From contig JBMOPU010000012.1 of assembly GCA_049322955.1 (NCBI GenBank), positions 472,150 to 536,149 of the forward strand: a stretch of DNA of 64,000 nucleotides, written 5' to 3'. Positions 48,859 to 58,642 of the stretch are shown piece by piece. The position numbers and the translations under genes are program-made. The stretch is from Patescibacteria group bacterium. Lineage in GTDB: Bacteria; Patescibacteriota; Microgenomatia; UBA10105; UBA927. The notes beneath the pieces are model-generated. The model saw nothing but the letters and a program-made list of their open reading frames with translations, was not told the origin of the DNA and searched no databases. The first letter of the stretch is position 1, and each line of letters opens with the position of its first letter.

Positions 48859-50176
48859 TATAATGCGATATATGGATACGGATATCGCCTCCCTTATTGC
48901 GGAAGAAACCCGCCGCCAACAGGAAACACTTGCCATGATTCCGTCGGAAAACATCGTCTCTCCCGCGGTGCGCGACGCGTTGGGATCGGTCTTAACCAAT
49001 AAGTACTCCGAAGGATATAGCCACAAACGGTATTATCAGGGAAACAAAACGATCGATAAAGTGGAGGATATCGCAATAGAGCGTGCCAAAACATTGTTCA
49101 GCGTGCCGCACGTCAACGTACAACCGTATTCGGGTTCGCCGGCAAATAGTGCCGTATATTTCGGCTTGCTCAATCCCGGCGACACCATTATGGGGTTAAA
49201 ACTATCCGGCGGCGGGCATTTGACGCACGGACATCCCGACATCACCTTCTCCGGCAGGTATTTCCGTTCGGTGCAATATGACGTTACAAATGAGGGTTTC
49301 ATCGACATGGAGGCGGTAGCCCGACAGGCAACACAGGAAAAACCCCATCTTATCGTCGTTGGGACGACCGCATACCCTCGGATGTATGATTGGGCGGCGT
49401 GGCGTGCGGTTGCCGACTCGGTGGGAGCGCTCCTTCTTGCCGATATTTCACACATTGCGGGCTTGGTGGTCGGCGGCGTTCATCCGTCGCCCGTGCCTTT
49501 TGCCGACGTTGTGATGACGACCACGCATAAATCGTTGCGAGGACCGCGAGGCGCCATGCTCATGGTGACAGAGCGGGGACTCAAAAAAGATCCCGCCATG
49601 GCGGACAAAATCGACAAGGCGGTGTTTCCCGGTCTTCAGGGAGGACCCCATGACAATGTGACCGCCGCGATAGCGGTAGCACTGTATGAAGCAAGCCAGC
49701 CTTCTTTTACCGAGTACGCCAAACAAGTCGTACTCAACGCCAAAACACTGGCCGATACACTGCTGAGTGGCGGGATAACACTTACGACCGGCGGCACCGA
49801 TAACCATCTCATGGTTATCGATCTGCGTCCGCAAGGCACGGTAGGGAATGTTGTTGCCGAGGCGCTTGAATATGCGGGTATCGTGGTCAATAAAAACAGT
49901 GTGCCCCACGACACCAATCCGCCGTTTTATCCTTCCGGTATTCGTCTCGGCACTCCCGCACTCACGACCCGCGGTATGAAGGAAAAAGAAATGGCACAAA
50001 TAGGAAAATGGATTATTGATGTTATTGTTCGCATGCGTGCGTTTCAGCTTCCCGAAACAAAAGATGCACGTCGAACTTTTATGAGTTCGGTACGGAAGGA
50101 ACTTGCCGATGATGCGATTTTGCATGAAATCGCGGTTCAGGTTGCCAAATTGTGCGCGGCATTTCCGCTTCGCTGA
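48842..50176 (+). CDS. glyA: Serine hydroxymethyltransferase
   Basis: SENIVSPAVRDALGS.LTNKY.EGY...RYY.G, the PLP-Lys block VVMTTTHKSLRGPRG, and GG.DNHL..IDL. An alternative start lies at 48863. Confidence 0.95.
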   Translation: MKYSDDIMRYMDTDIASLIAEETRRQQETLAMIPSENIVSPAVRDALGSVLTNKYSEGYSHKRYYQGNKTIDKVEDIAIERAKTLFSVPHVNVQPYSGSPANSAVYFGLLNPGDTIMGLKLSGGGHLTHGHPDITFSGRYFRSVQYDVTNEGFIDMEAVARQATQEKPHLIVVGTTAYPRMYDWAAWRAVADSVGALLLADISHIAGLVVGGVHPSPVPFADVVMTTTHKSLRGPRGAMLMVTERGLKKDPAMADKIDKAVFPGLQGGPHDNVTAAIAVALYEASQPSFTEYAKQVVLNAKTLADTLLSGGITLTTGGTDNHLMVIDLRPQGTVGNVVAEALEYAGIVVNKNSVPHDTNPPFYPSGIRLGTPALTTRGMKEKEMAQIGKWIIDVIVRMRAFQLPETKDARRTFMSSVRKELADDAILHEIAVQVAKLCAAFPLR

Positions 50177-50398
50177 CGAATTTTGTATCATGACGTAAGG
50201 TGAATTGGACGGTGACACCTTTCGTATCCATCACCTGGATACCGGAAGTAGATTCGAACATCAGGGATTGGGGCTCACTTTCTTCTTGAAAAACACGGCA
50301 GATTCCGCTATACTCCCTATATTCCGCACATCAGGAAGTATCTCTGAGAAGCAATTCTTTCCCTGATGGAGGTTATAAAAGAGATACGCCGGACATTC

Positions 50399-50426
50399 AA
50401 ACGCCGTCGTATCGGCGTTTTTTTTA
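50399..50426 (+). terminator. Rho-independent terminator
   Basis: AACGCCG-TCGTAT-CGGCGTT followed by TTTTTTT. Confidence 0.7.
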
Positions 50427-50482
50427 TGGTTTGCTATAAAAAGTATTCATTCCAAAATTTGGAATAAGAAAGGAAGTTATTT

Positions 50483-51316
50483 ATGAAAGACATAACACTT
50501 GAGCAGTTATTGGAAGCGGGATGCCATTTCGGTCACAAAGCAGAGCGTTGGCACCCGAAAGCCTCGGAGTTTATCTGGGCGGAAAAAGACGGTATCCATA
50601 TTATCGATCTTGCCAAGACCAAACTCGGCCTTGATGCCGCGATTGGGTTCGTGCGCACGCTTGCCGAACAGGGGGGAACTCTCTTGTTTGTCGGTACCAA
50701 ACGGCAGGCACGGGGAGTCGTAAAATCCGCGGCGCTTACCGCCGGTGCAAGTTATCTTACCCAGCGTTGGATCGGCGGATTCATGACCAACTGGGAAGGA
50801 GTCCACAAAAACATCCAACGGATCGTCAAAATGATGGATGATCAGAAAAACGGTGGATGGAAGAAATTTCCCAAACACGAACAAACCAAAATGGGACGGG
50901 AACTTAATCGTTTAAACGTCGATTACGAAGGAGTATTGTCCTTAAACGAACTTCCCAAAGCGATTTTTGTCGTTGACGTCAAGAAAGAACAACTTGCCGT
51001 TCGTGAGGCAAAACGACTCAACATCCCGGTCATCGGGGTCGTTGATACCAATGCGGATCCGTCGCTTATCGATTATGTGATCCCCGCAAATGATGACGCC
51101 GTAGGATCCGTCGAGCTTGTCGTGAATGCGATTGCCGAAAGCTATCGCGAAGGGCGCGAAGTAGTGGAAAAGGAAGCGGCAAAAGCAAATCCTGCACCGG
51201 TCGCTAAGCCTGAAACAGCGGCGGCAAAGACCGAAGAAGTAGCGGAAAAAAAGGATGAACAACCCGCCAAAAAAGCGACAAAAACCAAAAAAGAAGCCAC
51301 TCCGGAAACCAAGTAA
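50483..51316 (+). CDS. rpsB: 30S ribosomal protein S2
   Basis: LLEAGCHFGH.....P, ...IHIIDL.KT and a GGAAG Shine-Dalgarno sequence. The C-terminus has a basic/acidic tail. Confidence 0.95.
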   Translation: MKDITLEQLLEAGCHFGHKAERWHPKASEFIWAEKDGIHIIDLAKTKLGLDAAIGFVRTLAEQGGTLLFVGTKRQARGVVKSAALTAGASYLTQRWIGGFMTNWEGVHKNIQRIVKMMDDQKNGGWKKFPKHEQTKMGRELNRLNVDYEGVLSLNELPKAIFVVDVKKEQLAVREAKRLNIPVIGVVDTNADPSLIDYVIPANDDAVGSVELVVNAIAESYREGREVVEKEAAKANPAPVAKPETAAAKTEEVAEKKDEQPAKKATKTKKEATPETK

Positions 51317-51343
51317 TACCGGGGAGAATAGGAGATAATGCAT

Positions 51344-51802
51344 ATGCAAATTAATCTTGACGATCTCAAAAAACTTCGCGCCGAAACGAGTGCCGGAGTG
51401 TCCGATTGCCGACAGGCGCTTGAAGACGCCGAGGGCAATTACGAAAAAGCCAAAAAGCTCATAACCGAGCGCGGACTTGAGAAAGCGGCCAAAAAAGAAG
51501 GCAAAGAAACGTCGCAAGGGTTAGTGGCTTCCTATGTTCATGCCACGGGCAAAGTCGGCGTGCTGGTGGAACTGCGGTGCGAAACCGATTTTGTGGCAAG
51601 GACCGATGAATTCAAAAATCTCGCGCATGAGATGGCGCTACAGATTACGGCAATGAATCCCGAAAACGTGGAATCGCTTCTTGCGAGCGCCTACATTCGC
51701 GATGCAGGCAAAAGTATGGCGGATTTGGTGAAGCTCACGATTGCAAAAGTCGGAGAAAACATCACGGTTGCCAGATTTACTCGCATGCAACTGGGGGAGT
51801 AA
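51344..51802 (+). CDS. tsf: Elongation factor Ts (short form)
   Basis: LKKLRAETSAGVSDCRQAL UBA-like N-terminus and the ELRCETDFVAR block. At 153 aa it is a short EF-Ts. Confidence 0.85.
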   Translation: MQINLDDLKKLRAETSAGVSDCRQALEDAEGNYEKAKKLITERGLEKAAKKEGKETSQGLVASYVHATGKVGVLVELRCETDFVARTDEFKNLAHEMALQITAMNPENVESLLASAYIRDAGKSMADLVKLTIAKVGENITVARFTRMQLGE

Positions 51803-51938
51803 ATCCTTTTTATTGATAAGAAACAAATATTTCTCGGACATGCCGTCTCGGAAATCGTGATGCAGTTCTGCATGAGTCTTTTTCCTCGTATATAAGATAC
51901 CCTTGACTGGGTTGTTCGGGTCGCCTACACTAATACAC

Positions 51939-52502
51939 ATGATAGACGCACTCTTAAACAGTACCCGCGAACGGATGCGCAAGGCAATTGAAGTGACCCG
52001 TGTTGATCTTTCTTCGATCCGGTCGGGACGGGCGACGCCGGCGTTAGTCGAAAACATCGTGGTGGCAGTCTACGGCGGTACCCAACACCTTAAAGTGATG
52101 GAACTTTCCACAATATCGACTGCCGATAGCAAGACCCTGGTCATTGCACCCTATGACCCCTCAATTATTGCGGAAATCGAACGCGGCATCGCCGCGGCTA
52201 ATGTCGGGTTGAATCCCGTGGTGGACGGAGAAGTCCTCCGTATCTCCATTCCTCCGCTTTCCGAAGAGCGCAGGCAGGAATACATCAAGCTTGCCAAAGT
52301 CAAAATTGAGGCAGGTAAAGTGATGGTGAGGCAGGTGCGTCATGATGCCATGAAGGAGCTTGCGGGCGCCCTTGCCAGCAAAGACGTCGGGGAAGATGAA
52401 AAGAAAAGCGGAGAAAAGAAAGTACAGGAATTGACCGATGAGATGATTGCCGAGCTCGAATCCATGGAAGAGAAGAAGGAATCGGAACTCATGCAGGTAT
52501 AA
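51939..52502 (+). CDS. frr: Ribosome recycling factor
   Basis: RM.KAIE....DLS.IR.GRA.P.L...I.V.YYG and LT.E.R.E..K. The start was set at MIDALL... Confidence 0.9.
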   Translation: MIDALLNSTRERMRKAIEVTRVDLSSIRSGRATPALVENIVVAVYGGTQHLKVMELSTISTADSKTLVIAPYDPSIIAEIERGIAAANVGLNPVVDGEVLRISIPPLSEERRQEYIKLAKVKIEAGKVMVRQVRHDAMKELAGALASKDVGEDEKKSGEKKVQELTDEMIAELESMEEKKESELMQV

Positions 52503-52585
52503 TTGGTCATCCCGGACGTGATCCGGGGTCCGTCAGGATTCTCGAGCGCCGTATTCCGGCTCAAGGGCCTCCGTGACATCATACT

Positions 52586-53671
52586 ATGATCCTCACTGCC
52601 ATTACATTTTTTGTCATCTTAACCATTCTTGTTCTGATCCATGAACTCGGCCATTATATGGTTGCCCGTATCGTGGGAGTGCGGGTGGAGGAATTCGGGT
52701 TAGGACTGCCCCCCCGTATTTTCGGCAAAAAAATCGGCAACACCGTCTATTCGCTAAACTGGCTTCCAATCGGCGGGTTTGTACGACTTGCCGGAGAAGA
52801 CGACGAGATACATGATCCGAAACTTGCCAAGTCCGCAAAATACCGGGAATTTTTTTGGGCACGGAGCAAAAAAGAACGGTCGGCGATATTGGTCGCCGGC
52901 GTATTTATGAATTTCGTACTTGCCGTGGGTATTACCGTGGCACTTTTGGTTACCGGAGTCAAAGAACCGTCGGGTAAGGTGCAGGTGGAAAAAGTAGCCG
53001 CAAACAGCCCTGCCGCCGCGGCGGGACTCCGTGAGGGGGATACCATCCTCTCCGTTGCAGAGCGTCCGGAAGCGCCCCGATCCGTAACGACGCCTCCCGA
53101 ACTTATCGCTTTTGTAAAGGATCGTGCGGGACGCGAGATAGTACTTGTCATCGAACGGGAAGGAAAAATCATGGCGGTTTCTTTATCACCGCGGAAAGAA
53201 GTTCCTCCGGGAGAAGGGCCGTTGGGTGTTTCGGTTACCGGCATGGAAACCAAACGTTATAGCCTTAAAGAAGCGCCGATGAAGGCGGTCTCCATTAACC
53301 TCGACAGGATGCGGGACATGTTCACGTCTTTGGGGGGTATGGTGTGGCGGCTTATAACCCTTCGTCCTCCGGAATCCGATGTTGCGGGTCCTATCGGAAT
53401 TGCCCAGGTGACGGGACAGGCGGTGAAATTCGGATGGTCGGCTGTCCTTGAATTCGCCAGTATTCTTTCCCTCAATCTTGCCGTATTAAATATTCTTCCT
53501 ATTCCGGCGCTGGACGGGGGAAGACTCGCCTTTGTGTTCTTGGAAAAAATTATGGGCCGAAAAGTTCGCCCCGCGTTTGAAAAATCAACCCATCAGATCG
53601 GGATGCTTATCCTTTTGGGGCTTATTGTTCTTGTTTCCATTAACGATATCCTTCGTCTTGTCCGCGGATAA
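52586..53671 (+). CDS. rseP: RIP metalloprotease RseP (site-2 protease)
   Basis: HELGHYMVAR (HExxH), a PDZ domain (GLREGDTILSV) and LNILPIPALDGG (LDG motif). Confidence 0.9.
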   Translation: MILTAITFFVILTILVLIHELGHYMVARIVGVRVEEFGLGLPPRIFGKKIGNTVYSLNWLPIGGFVRLAGEDDEIHDPKLAKSAKYREFFWARSKKERSAILVAGVFMNFVLAVGITVALLVTGVKEPSGKVQVEKVAANSPAAAAGLREGDTILSVAERPEAPRSVTTPPELIAFVKDRAGREIVLVIEREGKIMAVSLSPRKEVPPGEGPLGVSVTGMETKRYSLKEAPMKAVSINLDRMRDMFTSLGGMVWRLITLRPPESDVAGPIGIAQVTGQAVKFGWSAVLEFASILSLNLAVLNILPIPALDGGRLAFVFLEKIMGRKVRPAFEKSTHQIGMLILLGLIVLVSINDILRLVRG

Positions 53672-53700
53672 TTTCTTCCTGTGTTGACAGTTTCCGTGAA

Positions 53701-54711
53701 GTGTCTTACGGTTATAGTGTGCAAAAGGTTCTTGATTACGTAAGTTGGGGATTCATCGGACTCCTGGCCCTTCCTACGGTCATGATTATCGCCACATGGG
53801 GAAGTGTCCCCGGCGATATGGGGTACGGTGTCAAACGGGCATTCGAGCAGACCCTCCTTGTTATGGCGCGCCCCTCCTACGATGCGGAAGCCCAACTCAA
53901 CGCCCAATACACCAAACGACGACTCGAGGAAGCCAAGGCGCTTTTGGCCAACAACCAATCATCCGCAGGGTTGGCATACCTGTCGCAACAGGTTACCGCA
54001 ACCAAAAAGTTGATCGAACGGGCACCGACCGCCGAAAAAAAACGCGAAGCGGCCAAAAACTATCTTTCAACGTTAAAAACGGTTTCCAAAGAACTGAAGG
54101 CGCAACAAACAAAGCCGAGGAGCATCGCGGTGAAGACAAAATCAAAGGGCACATTAAGCGGTGCTACGGTTGCGAGTCTGCAGTCTGATTTAGCCCGGCA
54201 AATTCAGGAGATACAAACCCTGCAGACGCAACTGGAGCAACAAGTGAATAGCTCCCCGCAGACACAACAACTGCTGTCACAGCTCTCTGCACAGGAGCAA
54301 CAGCTACGGCAGTTACAACAGCAGGTGCAATCTCAGTCCGTCACCGCCCCGGAACAGGTACAGCAAATCCAATCGCAGATGGAAACGGCTCAGGAACAAA
54401 CCCAATCGATCGTTTCGGAGATCACTACTCCGGAAAACGCGCAGGAATCACAGGGACAGGAAGTCATTGATCTGTCTATTGATAACACCGCAAGTCAGAT
54501 TGATGAAGCAATTGAAGAATTGGAGACTATTGTTGCGGAATCAGCCGATCAACAGCCGGAAATGGAAACAGAAACGGAGATCACCCCTGAGCCATCGGAA
54601 AATGACAACGGCGGAGAAAATAACGGCAACGGCCAGAATGGTAACGGCAACAATAACGCCGATAATAACGGCAACAATAGCGGGGAAAACGGCAACGGAT
54701 CGGAGAACTGA
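53701..54711 (+). CDS. Membrane-anchored Gln-rich coiled-coil protein with Asn/Gly-rich tail
   Basis: TM helix, a long Q-rich heptad region, and C-terminal NGNGQNGNGNNNADNNGNNSGENGNG low complexity. Confidence 0.55.
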   Translation: MSYGYSVQKVLDYVSWGFIGLLALPTVMIIATWGSVPGDMGYGVKRAFEQTLLVMARPSYDAEAQLNAQYTKRRLEEAKALLANNQSSAGLAYLSQQVTATKKLIERAPTAEKKREAAKNYLSTLKTVSKELKAQQTKPRSIAVKTKSKGTLSGATVASLQSDLARQIQEIQTLQTQLEQQVNSSPQTQQLLSQLSAQEQQLRQLQQQVQSQSVTAPEQVQQIQSQMETAQEQTQSIVSEITTPENAQESQGQEVIDLSIDNTASQIDEAIEELETIVAESADQQPEMETETEITPEPSENDNGGENNGNGQNGNGNNNADNNGNNSGENGNGSEN

Positions 54712-54725
54712 TCATCCGATATTTG

Positions 54726-54754
54726 TTGACTCTTGTACCCCTCTGCGATACCAT
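54726..54754 (+). promoter_or_regulatory. Sigma70-like promoter TTGACT-N17-TACCAT
   Basis: It sits about 30 nt upstream of the structured leader in front of csaA-like/proS. Confidence 0.4.
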
Positions 54755-54779
54755 ATCCCTAAGCAAATACACGCGATCG

Positions 54780-54979
54780 TTCCGTGATCCGACCGGAATA
54801 ACCCTTTTTGGGACGCGGCTCTGCCAATAACAGAGACGGGGAATGCCCGTGATAGCTGACAATGAGACGCTCGTCTTGGCGGTGTAAGACGAACGAGATA
54901 AGGTGGTACCGCGAGCATACCCTCGCCCTTATCTACGGGAAATATTATGTTCCGTAGGTGTATGGGGAGGGATTTTTTT
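54780..54979 (+). promoter_or_regulatory. T-box riboswitch-like leader (antiterminator/terminator) upstream of csaA-like-proS
   Basis: AAGGTGGTACCGCGAG at 54899-54915 matches the T-box consensus AGGGUGGNACCGCG in 13 of 15 positions. Immediately 3' lies a terminator, CCCTCGCCC...(inner CTACGG/CCGTAG)...GGGGAGGG + ATTTTTTT at 54921-54979. Its 5' strand, CUCGC, can pair instead with GCGAG of the T-box in an antiterminator. The gene start abuts the U-tract. Confidence 0.5.
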
Positions 54980-55315
54980 ATGGCTGTTTATGATAATTTT
55001 CAAGCGCTTGATATCCGTGTCGGCGTAATCATCGGAGTTGAGGATTTTCCCGAGGCAAAAAAACCGGCGTATAAGCTTACCATCGATTTTGGCCAAGAGA
55101 TCGGTATAAAACGGTCGAGTGCCCAATTGGTCAAACACTATACAAAAGACCTCCTCATGGGTAAAAAGGTATTGGGAGTCGTAAATTTTGCACCACGACA
55201 GATCGGCCCGTTCATTTCCGAAGTGCTGACCCTGGGAGTACCCGATGCCGCCCACGAGTGTGTCTTGATTGTTCCTGATAAAGATGATGCAATAGTTGGA
55301 GGAAAACTTTATTAA
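54980..55315 (+). CDS. tRNA-binding protein CsaA-like (EMAP/Trbp111 domain)
   Basis: MAVYDNFQALDIRVGVI...AYKLTIDFG.EIGIK.SSAQ...Y aligns residue by residue with B. subtilis CsaA (MAVIDDFEKLDIRTGTI...AIKLVIDFGTEIGIKQSSAQ). Confidence 0.85.
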   Translation: MAVYDNFQALDIRVGVIIGVEDFPEAKKPAYKLTIDFGQEIGIKRSSAQLVKHYTKDLLMGKKVLGVVNFAPRQIGPFISEVLTLGVPDAAHECVLIVPDKDDAIVGGKLY

Positions 55316-55359
55316 AACATTTACCCTGCAACAGCTAACTGTTAACAGTCAACGGTTAC

Positions 55360-56820
55360 TTGCACCTTTCTATGAAACAACAATTTGAAAAAAAGGAACT
55401 GAAGAAAAAAAGCGACGATTTATCCGCCTGGTACACCGACGTCATTTTGAAAGCAACGATAGCAGATTATGCTCCGGTTAAAGGATGTATGGTCATTCGT
55501 CCGTACGGCTATGCGTTGTGGGAATCCGTACAGGAAGCGTTAAATCGCATGATGAAAAGTGCGGGTATCGAAAACGCGTATTTTCCTCTTTTCATTCCAT
55601 ATTCGCTTCTTGAAAAAGAAAAACAACACGTTGCGGGGTTTTCACCGGAACTTGCGGTGGTCACTATAGGAGGAGGAGAAGAATTGAAGGATCCGTTGGT
55701 GGTGCGACCGACGTCGGAAACCATCATGTATGAAATGTACGGTAAATGGGTGCAGAGCTGGCGGGATCTGCCGGTGCTTATTAACCAGTGGAACAACGTC
55801 GTGCGGTGGGAAAAACGTACCTATCTCTTTTTACGAACGACGGAGTTCCTGTGGCAGGAAGGTCATACCGCCCATGAGACCGAGGAAGAAGCGGTCGCTA
55901 TGGTGATGAAAGCGCTTGACTGGTATCGGCAAGTGTATGAAGACTATTTTGCCGTCCCCGTCGTTATGGGGCAAAAGAGTGAGTCGGAAAAATTCGCCGG
56001 GGCGAAAACCACCTTCACCGTGGAAGCGCTCATGCCGGACGGTAAGGCACTGCAGGGCGGCACCAGTCACAACCTCGGACAAAACTTTTCGAAATCGTTT
56101 GACATCTCCTTCCAAACCCGGGATGGGAAGAGTGATTTTGTCTGGCAGACATCCTTCGGGTTTTCCACCCGGAGTCTCGGGGGATTATTTCTGACGCACG
56201 GGGATGATAGCGGCTTAGTATTGCCCCCCAAAATCGCTTCGATTCAGGCAATCATCATCCCGATTTTTAAGGGTGATGATACGAAGGAAGGGCTCCTTGA
56301 ATACTGCGGCGAAATTCGTGATGCGCTGGTGGGACAGGGTATTCGCGCGAGACTTGACGATCGTGACAGCCAATCGGTCGGAAGAAAGTTTAATGAATGG
56401 GAAGTGAAGGGGGTGCCGATCCGATTGGAAATCGGACCCAAGGAGATGGCGGATAGGGCACTTACCGTTGCCCGTCGTGACACGGGGGAAAAGTCGGTCG
56501 TGGAACGCAAGGAAATGATTCCTACGGTTGAAAAATTGCTGGAAACCATCCAGGAATCGCTTTTTGCAAAGGCCAAAAAACATCTTTCCGACAACACACA
56601 CGAGGTAACGGAATTTGCCGAATTTGAAACGATCATGCAAACAACCCGCGGTTTTATCCGTGCCTTCTGGTGCGAGGAAGCGGCGTGCGAAGCGGCCATA
56701 AAGGAAAAAACCAAAGCAACCACCCGGTGTTTGCCGCTTACGGCGGAAAAAGGAAAAGGGAACTGTGTTCACTGCGGCAAAGAGGCAACCCGAAAGTGGC
56801 TGTTCGGACAGTCCTATTAA
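55360..56820 (+). CDS. proS: Proline--tRNA ligase (archaeal/eukaryal-type class II)
   Basis: WY.DVI.KA.I.DY.PVKGC.V.RPYGY..WE, class-II motifs 2 and 3, and a C-terminal Zn-binding tail (CVHCGKEA). Confidence 0.9.
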   Translation: MHLSMKQQFEKKELKKKSDDLSAWYTDVILKATIADYAPVKGCMVIRPYGYALWESVQEALNRMMKSAGIENAYFPLFIPYSLLEKEKQHVAGFSPELAVVTIGGGEELKDPLVVRPTSETIMYEMYGKWVQSWRDLPVLINQWNNVVRWEKRTYLFLRTTEFLWQEGHTAHETEEEAVAMVMKALDWYRQVYEDYFAVPVVMGQKSESEKFAGAKTTFTVEALMPDGKALQGGTSHNLGQNFSKSFDISFQTRDGKSDFVWQTSFGFSTRSLGGLFLTHGDDSGLVLPPKIASIQAIIIPIFKGDDTKEGLLEYCGEIRDALVGQGIRARLDDRDSQSVGRKFNEWEVKGVPIRLEIGPKEMADRALTVARRDTGEKSVVERKEMIPTVEKLLETIQESLFAKAKKHLSDNTHEVTEFAEFETIMQTTRGFIRAFWCEEAACEAAIKEKTKATTRCLPLTAEKGKGNCVHCGKEATRKWLFGQSY

Positions 56821-57173
56821 GCCAAACTATCGACTCAAAATTGACTACATGTGTGAGGTATGATACACTTTGTGTCCTATGGCACTGACTGCTGAATCTG
56901 TTCAGGTTGACGGGAAAAGTTTTCGCATATTGCCCTTCGATGTCGAGCGTATCAACGCCAATATGAATGAAGGGGTGCTTCATATTTGGCATGGGGTAGC
57001 GGCCGCACGAGGCGATGAACAAGCCGAATCCGGCATTTTTGCGTCCGCAACCGTCAGATATTCACGGGAAAGCGGAAGATATCCGGAAATAAAAGAAGTT
57101 ACGACAAGAAAAATCGGATAAGTGTCCACATTTTGCTCTTTCTTCACTGTACGAAAACGGCTATACTAGCCTC

Positions 57174-58004
57174 ATGAAAACCGTTGTTACTCACATAGGG
57201 CCCGATCTTGATGCCATCACAAGTACCTGGCTCGTCAAAACGTTTTTCCCCGGGTGGGAAGAGGCGGAGATCGTGTTTGTTCCGGCGGGTACGACGCTCA
57301 ATAAAACGGATCCCGACGGTAATCCGGAAATTCTTCACGTTGATACGGGTTTCGGACGTTTTGACCATCACCAAACCGACGCGGACACCTGCGCCGCAAT
57401 GCTCGTCTATGAGGAAATCAAAAAACAACACGGGCCCGACCCGGTACTTGAACGAATGGTAGAAGTCGTTAACGACGTCGACCACTTTAAGGAAGTGTTT
57501 TACCCCAATGCGAGTGCGGATTACTGGGAATTTTGGATAGTGGGGCAAATTGACGGATGGCGGCTCCTTTTTAGCGATAACCCGTTAAAGATTATGGAAC
57601 TCGGGTTTGCCTCGCTGGACGGTATTTACAAAGTGATGCTCAACAAAATATGGGCCGAAAAGGAACTTGATCAGGCGTCCCCGTTTGAAACGAGATGGGG
57701 GAACGGTTTGGGCTTTGAAACCGTCAATGATGAGGTCATTCATCAGGCACAAAAACGAGGATATAGCGTCGTCATACGAAAAGATCCGAAAAAAGGATAC
57801 GTGCGGATCAAAACCCTCCCCAAACCGGAAATTGATCTCACCCCGCTGTATGAACGGCTCAAAAGCGACGAGCCGGAATCAACCTGGTTTCTCCACGCAT
57901 CGCGTCATATGCTATTAAACGGCAGTGCAAAAAACCCCGAGATGAAGCCCACAAAACGCACGCTTGCCGAGCTTATTAGCGTCATCAAGGAGGTGTTGGC
58001 ATGA
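57174..58004 (+). CDS. DHH-family phosphoesterase-like protein
   Basis: HIGPDLDAITS (motif I DxD), LHVDTG (motif II) and FDHHQTD (motif III DHH). No clear DHHA1 GGGH motif. Confidence 0.55.
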   Translation: MKTVVTHIGPDLDAITSTWLVKTFFPGWEEAEIVFVPAGTTLNKTDPDGNPEILHVDTGFGRFDHHQTDADTCAAMLVYEEIKKQHGPDPVLERMVEVVNDVDHFKEVFYPNASADYWEFWIVGQIDGWRLLFSDNPLKIMELGFASLDGIYKVMLNKIWAEKELDQASPFETRWGNGLGFETVNDEVIHQAQKRGYSVVIRKDPKKGYVRIKTLPKPEIDLTPLYERLKSDEPESTWFLHASRHMLLNGSAKNPEMKPTKRTLAELISVIKEVLA

Positions 58005-58417
58005 GCGAATGTATCTTTTGTAAGATTGTGAACAACGAAATCCCTTCGTACACGGTGTATGAAGATACGGACACCCGTTCATTTCTGGACATCTTCGGGG
58101 CAACCGACGGACATGCCATGGTCATCTTAAAAAAACACGGTGTTACCATTCATGACTATTCGCAAAGTGAGCTCGGGGCACTATGGGAAACTGCCAAAAA
58201 AGTGGCGGCCGCGATTGAAAAAGCGTTTGGGACCACGATCCTGAGTATCGGGATAAATCACGGTGAACCTGACGGGGTCAAACACTTGCACGTCCATATT
58301 ATGCCTCGCTTTGCGGGTGATGGAGGTGGTATAATACAGTCACTCCCGGGAAAAAAAAGGGAAATCCAAGATTTTTCCGGCGTGGCGGAGCAAATCCGCT
58401 CACAGATAGGAAAGTGA
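58001..58417 (+). CDS. HIT-family hydrolase
   Basis: CIFCKI......Y.D......D......H..V..K.H and histidine triad HLHVHIMP. Confidence 0.85.
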   Translation: MSECIFCKIVNNEIPSYTVYEDTDTRSFLDIFGATDGHAMVILKKHGVTIHDYSQSELGALWETAKKVAAAIEKAFGTTILSIGINHGEPDGVKHLHVHIMPRFAGDGGGIIQSLPGKKREIQDFSGVAEQIRSQIGK

Positions 58418-58432
58418 GGTGTTTTTATTTCT

Positions 58433-58630
58433 ATGGTATTTGTTAAAGCACAACCAGGCGATACATCAGATGCATTAATTCGAAAATTCATGCGGAAGGT
58501 CCTCAACGAAGGAATTCTGCAGGATCTTAAAAAGCGGGAACATTACGTCAAACCCGCCGAAAAGCGAAAAGAGCAAAAGAAAGAATTAGCACGCCGTATG
58601 CGAAGAAACCGCAAGACGGGACGAACGTAA
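58433..58630 (+). CDS. rpsU: 30S ribosomal protein S21
   Basis: The 65-aa basic protein reads ...ALRKF.R......L...+KREHY.KP.E+RK...K...R. Confidence 0.85.
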   Translation: MVFVKAQPGDTSDALIRKFMRKVLNEGILQDLKKREHYVKPAEKRKEQKKELARRMRRNRKTGRT

Positions 58631-58642
58631 AAATACACGGGT

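Noticed and set aside
56870-57121. 83-aa plus-strand ORF between proS and the DHH gene, preceded by a TTGACT-N17-TACACT promoter-like sequence
   Set aside because: Plausible but without homology or conservation evidence, so it is not called.
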